Part shown: positions 19,514-31,500 of the stretch, piece after piece | Layout: each line of letters starts with the position of its first letter | How positions within the stretch are numbered: position 1 is the first letter of the stretch | From: a virus | IMG/VR virus record: IMGVR_UViG_3300020731_000012 | Span: 1 to 64,000 of that record | Length of the DNA: 64,000 nt | Reading direction: 5' to 3' (one strand) | Notes under the pieces: generated by a model | What the model saw: the letters and a program-made list of their open reading frames with translations, nothing else | What the model was told of the DNA's origin: nothing | Database searches by the model: none | Translations under genes and position numbers: made by a program

Positions 19514-22500
19514 ATGGCAGAATATAAACTAGGTAGACTAAAATTTGTATGGCAAGGCGCATGGGCCGCATCTACTGCATACCAAGTAGATGATGTTGTA
19601 CAAAGTGGCGGAAAAAGCTATATTTGCGTAACAGCAAACACATCGTCAGCACTATTCCAAACTGATTTAACAAGCGGATACTGGCAACTTATGTCAGACG
19701 GTCTTGTATGGGGTGGAAACTGGGCTAATGGTACTTACTATCAAAGAGGTACACAGGTAAAGTACGGTGGACTAGTCTACGTTTGTAATACATCGCATAC
19801 CAGTGCGGCATCAACAGCAACATTAACTGCTACAGGATTTACGGTAAGTGCGGGTACTGCCACCCTAACTTATGCTACGCAAGTAGTCCAACCATTCCTA
19901 GTTGGTGCAACAATTACACTAGCAGGGTTTAGTCCTGCTCAAACTAGCGGTACTGTTAATAATGTCAACACAAGTTTCACAGTTGTTTCATGCTCGACTA
20001 CACAAGTTACTTTTGCTTTAACTGGTACATACTCAGTTTCTGTATTAGGCACAGTTGCAGGTACAAGTCAATTAGGTTTAGAAAACGATCAAAGCAAATG
20101 GGATTTATTTGCCAATGCATTTAACTGGATCTCAGGAGGCTGGACTTCTAATACTCGATATAAAGTTGACGACCTTATCAGCTATGGTGGTTATACTTAT
20201 GTATGTAACACTGGTCACGTATCTGCTAGCACAACTGCTCTAGGTTTAGAAAATGATCAAAGCAAGTGGGATACATTCAATGCTGGTTTAAATTATGTTG
20301 GAACATGGGCATCAAGCACACGTTACAAATTAAATGATATTGTCAAATACGGCGCCGATCTATATCAATGTACAACTTATCATACTAGTGGTTCTTCTTT
20401 TGACACAACTAAATTTACATTGTTTGTTGGCGGATTTGAATATGTTAATTCATGGAACAGCCTAACTGCCTATGTAATTGGCGATACAGTTACCTATGGT
20501 GGCTATACATATATTGCCATCTTAACAGCAGGAAATACTAATCAAACACCAAGCACAGCTACAACCTATTGGCAGCCATTTACAGTTGGCTTTAACTTCT
20601 CAGGAGCATGGAGTTCTGCAACTGCATATAAAACAGGTAACGTGGTCAGTCTAGGCGGATATACTTATCTATGTACCGCTGACAATACTAATCAAATTCC
20701 TCCAAATACTTCTTATTGGAATCAATTAAACAGCGGTGTTAAGTGGAACAATCAGTCAGGTTCTTACACTGCGGTGACTGGTACTAACATCAGCGGAAGT
20801 GGTACAGGAGCAACATTTAATGTAACACGTAGTAATTCAGTTTACTCTGTAACAGTTAATGCTACAGGTAGCGGTTATGTAACTAACAACACACTAAAGA
20901 TTTTAGGTACTAGTGTTGGCGGCCTAACACCAGCTAACGATATTACAGTCACAGTAACAGCAAGTGCTGGTGCTATCACTGGCATAACATACACTGGTAT
21001 TGCTGTAACATGGACCACCGGTACAAGTTATGTAATCGGTGATGTTGTTCTTTATGGCGTAAACAGTTACATTTGTGTATTGGCACACACAGCAGGTGCA
21101 GGAAACACACCAGCTGCCGATACAGTTGGAACATATTGGAATTTGTTGACAGCAGGATCAGAAAGTGCTCAGCTAACAACTACTGGTGATACATTCTATT
21201 ATGGTACTGGCGGACCAACTCGTTTACCAATTGGCGGCGACGGTACTGTTCTACGTGCTAAAGGTGGTGTACCGAGCTGGGGTTACTTCGGTGCAGTTAA
21301 CCAAGTGTTGTATGTTGCTCCAACAGGAACAGACCGTACAGACTTTGGTATTACTCCAGAAAATCCATTTAAAACAATTCGTTATGCTTGCCAATTAATT
21401 GATCAAGGTTACTTGAATCAAAGTGCATCAGCATTGTTGACCAAGAACAAACAGTTCATGATGAAAGAAGTTAGCGCATGGACTGTGTTTAACTATTCAT
21501 TTAACGTTACAGCTACAACTGTCTCAACTAACGTTATCACAGTAGGTACACCAGGTAGCGGTACAACTTATCAAACAACTACTGCTAACATGAGCGCCAA
21601 CATGCCGATTACATTTAGTGTAAGTGCTGGCGGCCTAACAGCAGGTCAAACATATTATGTTATTGGATCATCAATTACTGCTACAACTTTTCAAGTTGCC
21701 GCAACATACGGTAGTTCAACTCCAGTAACATTATCAACAACAAGCACAGCTAACGTTGCTTCATTAGCCTATAACACATCTAAGTGTGAACGTGATGCTG
21801 GGTTGTTGATTGATGCAACAATTTTTGATACTACACACGGTGGTACTCTAAAATCAACACAGGCCGCACAAAGTTATTTTACAAGTGCAGGCGCATTTAT
21901 TACAACAGCATTTGGTTATCAAGCAACACAAAGTCTTGCAAGTTTTAACTATTTGAAAAATACATTGATTCCTAACGTGCTATCCAACACTGCACCTAGT
22001 ACAATCTATCAAACATCGGTTGGTATTGCATCAAATAGTCAAGCTAAACAAATTATCGATACAACACTAACTGCTGAATCTGGATCAACACTGACAGCAC
22101 AAACAAATTTAGCTATCGTGACAGGTGCGATTCAAGCGGCAAGCACAACTGTGATCCAACCAGCGGTCTATCCATACACAACATTGAGCATCAAGACTGG
22201 TACATACAATGAAGTATTACCGATCATTGTTCCAGCATACACAGCTCTTGTTGGCGATGAATTACGTTCAACAGTTGTTCAACCACAACCAGCTATTGCT
22301 AATCTAGCTAACGACAAACCTAAGTCAATTAATGCGTTGAATCGTACCAAAGCTATTTTAAGTAACATTATCAGCAACACTGTTCAAACTGCTACCAGCG
22401 GTAACGGTCAAGTTTTTGCAACTGTGGCAGCCAGCGGTAACGGTACAACTGCAACATTAACTTTTGCTAGTCAAACAACTGCTCCATTTACTGTAGGACA

Positions 22501-25500
22501 ATTAATCACAGTTAGTGGAGTAACTCCAACCGGTTACAACGGTAGCTATCTAGTAACTAGTGTAACAACCTCAAGTGTAAGTTACGCAAATGGAACAACA
22601 GGTAATCAAACTGTTGCAGGGGTTGTATCTAGTCAAGTAACTGGTCTATACGGTACTACTGCAATCACAGGTGACACAGGAAGCACTGCGGCTATTTCAA
22701 GTGTTATTAATAATACTGCATTAATTCAAAATATTTTAACTAACGGTCTAAGCCAAGTTCCGGCATTTAGCTTTACAACTCCAACAGGATATAATTCAGC
22801 ATATCTAGTAGGGTTTGGTGATGGTAAGGGACAAGTAACTCAGAACTACGCATTTATTAAGAACGATGTTTCAAACTACATCAACAACAACTATCCAAGT
22901 GTATATTCAGCAATCAACGTGGCAACTTGCCAACGCGACGTTGGATATATTTTAGATGCATTACAGTATGACATGACCTATGGCGGCAATACACAAAGCG
23001 TTATCGCCGGTAGTGCATATTATTCATATAGCGTACTAACAGAAGCTGCCAGTGAAAAGGCCGCAACTATTGCATCCTACCAATTCTTACAAAATGAAGT
23101 ATACAATTTAGTATTGAAAAATACTGTAACTCCACAGTCTGGTAATACATTGACAGTAACTACAACTGGTAGTGCTGGTAGTACAGCGGCTGCGGTGTTT
23201 GCGGCATCGCGTATTGGTGATGTTATTTACTGGATTCAAAATGCGCAAGCTAATGCCAGCACAGCAACATTTACAGGTAGTATCACTACAACAAGTTTAA
23301 GTGTAACTTCAGTGGCAAGTGGAACTATTCAGTTAGGTCAATTACTAACTGTAGCTTCAACTGGAACTGGAACTATCGCCGGTAGCACATATATTGTAGC
23401 ACAGACAGCAGGTGGTACAGCAGTTGCAAGTCCAACACTAGCTAGTGGCGGAACTAGCGGTACTAACACGTTTGTAGTCAGCAGTGCTACAGGTATTGTT
23501 GCAGGACAGCTAGTTACTGGTACAGGTATTCCAGCAAGCACTTATGTTATCTCAACATACACAACAGGTACAACAATTACCCTAGTAAATGCTTATGGAT
23601 TCCCACAAAACTTTACATCAAATGGTAGTGGAACATACAACTTCTACACACCAAATTTAGCAGGAACCTATACAATCAGTACAAGTAACTCAGTTACAAG
23701 TACAACACTTACAACATCAAGCACTATTGCTCCAACAGCTAGCGTAGCACTCGCAAGCAGTGGATTGCAAACTGCCTATGCCGCACTAGTAGCTAAGACA
23801 AGTGAAATACAAGCTGACACAGTTAGTTTTGTACAGAAGTTCTATCAAACATTGAACTTTAATTCTGCAACATGTTCACGTGACACTGGTTACATTGTAC
23901 AAGCTCTTGCTTATGACCTAGCATTAGGTTCAAACTTTGCCAGCTTAAAAGCAGGTATGAGCTATTGGAGAGCAATAACATCAGCACAAACAGTTATCAA
24001 TAGCCAATTGGCTCCTGAGATTGCATCGATTGGATTTATTGGTTATAAGAGCAAGATGATTGCCGCTAGCGGTAGTGTTGCTCAAGCTAGTGAGTTGATT
24101 AACGATGCAGTAGCATATATTACTGGCCCATTAACGACAACATTGACTGCCGCAACTACAAGTACAAACGTACTAACAGTTGGTAGCACTTCAAATATGT
24201 ATGTTGGTATGCCAATTACTTTTGCTAGCTTACCTGCAAACATTACAACAACTTCTACAGCAACTAGCAATAGTGGCGGAACAATTACTTTAAGTGCAAC
24301 TGTAGCCAGTTTAGGTATTGCAGTTGGACAACAAGTTTACTTCTATGGCACAACAGCTAACGGAGCATTTACAGTCGGCGGAACATATATTGTTCCTTAC
24401 CAAATTTATTATGTTCAGTCAGCAAGCGCAAGTGTAATTACTATTGCTTCAACATTTGGTGGAGCCGCAATTACATTAGGAACTACCTCAGTAACAATGA
24501 ATGTGGTTGTAAATAACGCTGGCGGACTATGGCCTAACAGCGTTTACTATGTAAACACTATTCCAAGTGGTACAAGTTTAACAATAACAAACAGTTATGC
24601 AAGCGGTACAGCATACACTATTACTAACACAGTTAGTACAACTGCAACAGTAACAGCAGGTGTTACTCCACAAGTTAACGGTACAAACACATATAACAAC
24701 ACTCAAGCAACAATGCAAGGTGCTGAAATATTACGTGCAAATATTCCGTTCATTGCCTACGAAGCTGCCGCATATACTAGCGCAAGCTATGGCGGTACAG
24801 TTTCAAGTGTATCTGGAACTAACGTAATTAACACAAGTAGCGCACATAACTTTGTAGTTGGTGATCCAATTGTATTCACTGGAACAGTTGGTGCTAGTGG
24901 TATTGTTGCCGGTACTGAGTACTATGTTTATACTACTCCGAGCACAACATCATTTACTATTAGTGCTGTTCAAGCAGGTTACGGTACACAAAGTACAGTA
25001 GCACTAACTAACGCAACATTAGGTAGTTTGACTGTAAACTATTATTATGTATTAGCCAAGTGTGTACGTGATACAACAAGTTTCATCAATGCTATCATTT
25101 ATGACTTGAACTATCCAGGTAACTACAAAACTACATTTGCCGCTCAACAATACTTAAATGCTGTCAACGGTTCATTACTAAGCAACATGTTCTTAGTACG
25201 TAACGGTTGCGGTGTAAGAAACATGACTACAAGTGGCCTAACAGGCGCACTAAGTACAGCTAACCAGTTTGGTACAAAACGTCCAACAGCTGGTGCGTAT
25301 GTTTCACTTGACCCAGGCTACGGCCCACAAGATACTCGTGTTTGGGTAACTAACAAATCTACCTATGTACAAAACGTAACAACATTTGGTTTTGGTTGCG
25401 TTGGTGCTAAAGTAGACGGCGCACTACACGCAGGTGGTAACAAGTCAATCGTTTCCAATGACTTTACACAAGTGTTAAGTGACGGTATTGGTTTCTGGGT

Positions 25501-28500
25501 AACTGGTTCAGGTGCATTGTCAGAACTTGTATCTGTATTCTGTTACTACAACTATGCAGGATACTTGGCAGAACTAGGTGGACGTATACGTGCTACTAAC
25601 GGTAACAGTTCATATGGTACATATGGTGTTGTTGCTGAAGGTACTGACACATACGAAACTCCATTTGTCGGTACAATCAATAATAGATATTTCCCAGCAC
25701 AGGTTACAAATACAGTAACAGACGGTACTGCTCAAATTTTACGTTTAGAATTTGAAAATGCAGGTAGTGCATACACTAACGGAGTGATTTCAATCACCGG
25801 TTCAGGTAATAATGCTGCCGCGATTCCAGATGAATTCCGTGATGCCGCTCAGTTTGAAGGTCGTTTAACCGACAACGGTGATGGTTCAACAAGCAGTGTA
25901 GGTGGAACAACCTATGTTACAGTGGCCAATGCTGGTCAAGGAAATGCCGCGTATGCAGGCGGAGCAGTTGGTAACTATCTAATCGCCGCAACTGATACTG
26001 GACAAAGCCTTGCTTATAACGGTATGCGTATTCAACTTACAGCTGGTCTAGGTGTAGGTCAATATGCAAATATTTTAAACTACAACGTAAGTAAAGTTGC
26101 CAACGTAGTTAAAGACAGCTTTGCACCATTAGTAATTTTAAGTGCTAGTGCTACAACTAATGCATTGACAACAACATCAACAAGTACATTATATGTTGGT
26201 ATGCCAGTGATGTTTGCTACAGCAGTAGGCGGCCTAACAGCTAATACTACTTACTATGTACAGGCAACTACAACTGGGTTGAATAGTACACAGTTTAGCG
26301 TATACACAGCTAGTTCAGGTGGTATTACAGCATTAAGCAATACTAATGCAATTTCATTGACAATCACCGCAGTAACAACTGTTAACAATTTGATTTCAGC
26401 AACAAACGCATTGGCAGCTGGTCAGGCTGTAGTGTTTAACAGTTCTTTCAACGGTATCAATGCAGGTCAAACTTATTATGTATTGGCTGCCAACTTGTCA
26501 GGTACACAATTTAGTATTTCTCCAACACTGAACGGTACAGCAGTGCAGATTACTGCTATCGCAACAGGACTAAACTATACTGCTTATGCAGGTACAGCTA
26601 TGTTTGCCGCAGGTTGGGATCATGTAGTACCAGGTACTCCAATTACTAACACTACAGACTTAACAACCTACTATATTGTTGAACCACGTGTTCAATATAC
26701 AGGACCTAGCTTTACTGCTACTTCAAGAACTGTTGGCTCAACACCAGCAACTTGGATAGCAAGTACTTACGGTGCAGGTAATTATGTAGCGATTGCACAA
26801 GGCGCAACCACAACAGCCTATAGCACTAACGGTAAAACATGGCAAAGTGCTGGCGCATTACCAAATTCAAACACATGGGTTGATTTGGTATATGGTGGAG
26901 GCCAAGGTGCTACAGCTACAGCGGTTGTTGGAGGCCTAGGTGGTTCTGGCGCAACATTTACAGCAGTATTAGGTTCTGGTGTTACAGCCGGACAGGTCGT
27001 TTCAGTAACAGTTAACACTGGCGGCATCAATTACTCAACAGCTCCAACTATTGTGTTTAGCGGTGGTGGAGGTGCTAATGCGGCAGCTACTTGTACGGTT
27101 CTTAACGGAGTGATCCAATCAGTAACTGTTACTGTAAATGGTAGCGGATACAGTTCTGCTCCAACAGTTACCGCGGCTACTGATAGATTGACTAGTATTG
27201 TTGTTAATACTAATGGTTTCAACTACTATTCAGCTGCCAACGTAACAGTTACTATTACTGGAGGTGGCGCCAGTGTGCAGGCAACTGCAACAGCAACATT
27301 AAATACCAACTCAATCAGTACAGTAGTTGCTACAAATGGTGTAACACAAATTACATTGAGCACATATGGTAGTGGTTACACATCAACTCCAACAGTAACA
27401 ATATCAGACAATGCTACAGTGGCAGCCAAGTTCCTAGCAATAGCTAGCAACTCTACTACAGTGGCCTATCAAACACCTAACAACTTAGGCAACAGTTGGA
27501 CAGCGACTTCTAGCGCACTACCTAGCAATAACTTCTTATCGGTTGCCTACGGTAATGGTGCCTATGTGGCAGTCGGCGGTACTGGTACAAGTCCAGTAGT
27601 GGCAAGTAGTTCAGATGGACTTGCATGGACTAGCAGAACAATCACTGGATCAGTAACATACTCAAGCGTAGCCTACGGTGCAGGATACTTTGTTGCTGTC
27701 AGTACCGGCAGTAACGTAACTGCGGTATCAAGCAGTAACGGTGCTAGCTGGACAGCTGGTGGTAATTTACCAAGTTCAACAACATGGACCAGTGTCACAT
27801 ACGGTAACGGACGTTTTGTTGCAGTCGCAAGCGGCGGTAATGCAACAGCTTACAGCTATAATTATGGTGCAACTTGGTACGCTTCTAATTTTGGTTTACC
27901 ATACAGTGGACAGTGGAAACAAGTTCGTTATGGCCAAGGACTATTCCTTGCTGTAACTCCTCCAACAAGTTCTACATTATCAGCGGCTCAAAGCTCAGCT
28001 AGCCAAACGTTAGCCGGCGTACAAATTGTTGGTATAGCAGGTCAGTTTGGTTGCCAATTCGCTCAGTTGTATGTAGGACAACAAGTTACAATCAGCGGAG
28101 CAATTAGTGGAACAGGAGCTATTACCGGTTATCCAGGTACAGCAACAACTTATTACATTACAGCAACTAACGGCTACTCATCATTTACACTATCAACAGT
28201 GTTAGGTGGTACTGCGGTTGTAACCACAGTTGGTACGCTAACTGGTACAACAATTACAGCGTCTAATATTACAAGTAACTATTTGACACTAGCATCAGTT
28301 AATGGATTGTACAATGGAGCTCCTGTAACATTTACATCAGTGACACAAACACAAACACTAACAGCTACAACAACTACAACAGCCGCAAGTACTGCGACAG
28401 CATTTATAACAGCTGGTACACTAACAGTGCCAACAACAGCAAGTGGTACATTTGCCAACGGAATGACATTGACCAGTAGTGGTACTATTACAGCTGGTAC

Positions 28501-31500
28501 ATACATCACTGCTACAAACAGTAACTCATTTGTTGGACTGATAAATGGTACGATCTTAACTGTATTCTCAGGAACTGCTCCGTCATTGTACATGGCGCTA
28601 TCTAACGCTAGTGCAACAACATACGGCGTCCAGCAAACACAGTCATTAACAATTACTAATATTGTTGGTAATGCTAGCGGATTTGCACAGGTAAACTTCT
28701 CTACTCAAACAACAATACCGTTTATTGGTAATACATCAATTACTATCAGCGGTAACAGTGTAGGTGGATTCAACACCAACTACAGCGTAGTTGCTCCGGT
28801 ATATCTAGTTGCTCCAGGTGCTAATATTACAATAACTGGTACCGGTGGTACATTTAGCATACCGTCAACTATTACTGGACAGTTTAGTTATTTTTACACC
28901 GGTTCTCAGGTTGTATTCAATCAACCTTTGCCAACTTATCCAGCAGCCGGTAGTATCCAAGGTTACACCTATACAGGACAACCTCAAGTCTATTGGGTTA
29001 TTGCTACTAACGGAACTACTACATTCACATTAAGTGCAACATTTGGCGGCTCCGCAATTACAACTGCGGCAGGTACAATTGGCGCATCGGGTTCTTATGG
29101 TCAACCACAAGTACAGTTAAACAACAGCACAGCATCATTCTGTGTTGTACAAAGTGCAACTAACTCAACAGGTACTGGAGGTACAGCGTCTGAGACTACA
29201 GCAACTTGGGTAACACTCAGCAACACTACTTCATTCACTGGATTTATCAGTAATGGTACTAGTGGTGGTACTGGTAACTTCTTAACATACTTGTCATCAA
29301 CTTTCCCAACAGTTGGTCAATTGTTAACAGGCACGGGTATTGCATCTAACACCTATATTACAAGTACAAGTACAGCAACTATGAGCAACAGTACCATAAG
29401 CGGAACAACATTAACAGTTGGTACACAGTCTGGTCAAGCTATTGCAGTTGGTATGGCATTGCAAGGATCTAACGTTTTAACAGGTACATATATTGTTTCT
29501 AATATTAGTGGTAGTGGTAGCGGTTCTACATGGACTATCAACCAATCACAAAATATTTCAACTCCACAAAGTATTTTAGGTATCCAGTTTATAGTCAGCG
29601 TAAGTCAGTCTAATGGTACTGCTGGAAGCCCGATTAGCTATACTGGACAAAGTTATACTGTTAATAATTCACAGTATTCTATTAGCCCAGGCACGCTAGT
29701 TGGAACAAGCTATGCATTAAGTTCATCTCAAACACAGACAGCGGCAACTATTACTGGTACTAACAACTTGATCACAGTTAACAGTACAACAGGTATGGTT
29801 GCAGGCGAGTCATTGACGGCGGCCAGTTCAGTGGGCGGTTTAATTGCAAGCACACAGTCATTAAGTGGCTTATCTATTACTGGCATTAGCGGTACATTTA
29901 GTTGTACAGCGGCTTCATTGTTTGTTGGACAACAAGTGGCAATCAGTGGAACCAACGGTGGTACAGGTACTATCAATGGTACAGCCAACGGTACAGGTAC
30001 ATACTGGATTACAGTTACTAACGGTTCAACAACATTTACCCTGTCAACAACTCCAGGTGGCGGTGCTATATCAACTACAACAGGTAGCCCAAGCGGCCTA
30101 ACTGTTACTGTAAACAGCATCTACTATATCACTAAGGTTGTAAGTTCAACACAGTTGGCAGTTGGTACAAGTTATGGTGCTACATCAGATGTAACATTGT
30201 CTAATACTACTAGCCAAGCAGTCAACGTGGTAGCAGGAGCTACATTTGGATTATTGGCATCAGGTACAACTTACTATGTAACACAAGTATTGCCGACTAG
30301 CAACCAAATTACTATCAGCGCATCACAAGGCGGTGCTAACTTAACATTGATCCAAGGTGCAGGTGCATGGACTAGCGTTAACGGCGGACAGGCATGCGCA
30401 ACAAGTCAAGATGGCATTAACTGGTCACTACAGGCTATGCCAAGCGTCAGCAACTGGCAGACTACAGCGTTTGGTAGTACTCCAAACGTAACAGCCGCTG
30501 GTGCAAGTCCATTATGGGTAGCAATCAGTAACACATCAGGTACTATTGGTGCAAGTATGCACACTGGTGCTACTGCACTAGGTCGACTAAAAGCTGCCGG
30601 TGGAGTGCTAACAGAAACACGTATGATTGAACCTGGTTCGGGATATCCAAAAGGTGTCGTAACGTCAACTACAACTTCGACTAACGTGATTACTGTTGAC
30701 AACACTGAGAACTTACAAAACAATCAACCTGTAACATTCTATGGAACAAGTGCAGGCGGCATCACAGTATTGACAACATACTATGTTGTATTTGGTAGCA
30801 TTACAGGATCATCATTCCAGATATCTGCGACTCAGTATAGTGCAACAGCAGTGGCATTGAGCACCGCAACCATAAGCGGGATGACCTATAGAGCAGGACC
30901 AATTGCTTATCAAATTGATCCTAACAGAACTAAGACAGCGTCTCTAACAAGTCGTATGGGTGACGGTGCAATGGCCAATCCAAGTTTCACTAACCGTGGT
31001 ACATTGTATGCAACTGCATCTACAAGTATTGTTGGCGATGGATACGAAGATCTATATCAACCAAGTACATTTATCAACGTTGCAAACTTCTTTAGCATAC
31101 CAAGTCCAGGTGCTAACATACAGTTTGGAACAATATATTCAGGTAATACTTGGACAGCCAGCACACCGGTAGCAGTTGGTCAAACATTGATTGCTACATC
31201 GACAGGTTCACAAACTATTGGCGGTGTAACTAGTACAGTCTACAACTACAACGTGTATACTGTTACTGTAGCAGGAACAACTGGATCAACTCCGCCTAGC
31301 TTTACTAGCGGTACAACAACAGATGGTACAGCAACATTAAGCTACACTGGATCTAATCCTAACACTTGGTACAAGTTAGTTGCCATTACTAACCAATTAG
31401 GAAGCCCGGGTTCATACACAGCGCAGTTCCAAATTAACCCAAGTTTGACTACACTAAATGCACCAGCACACAGTACTACAATTACTACAAGATTGAAGTA

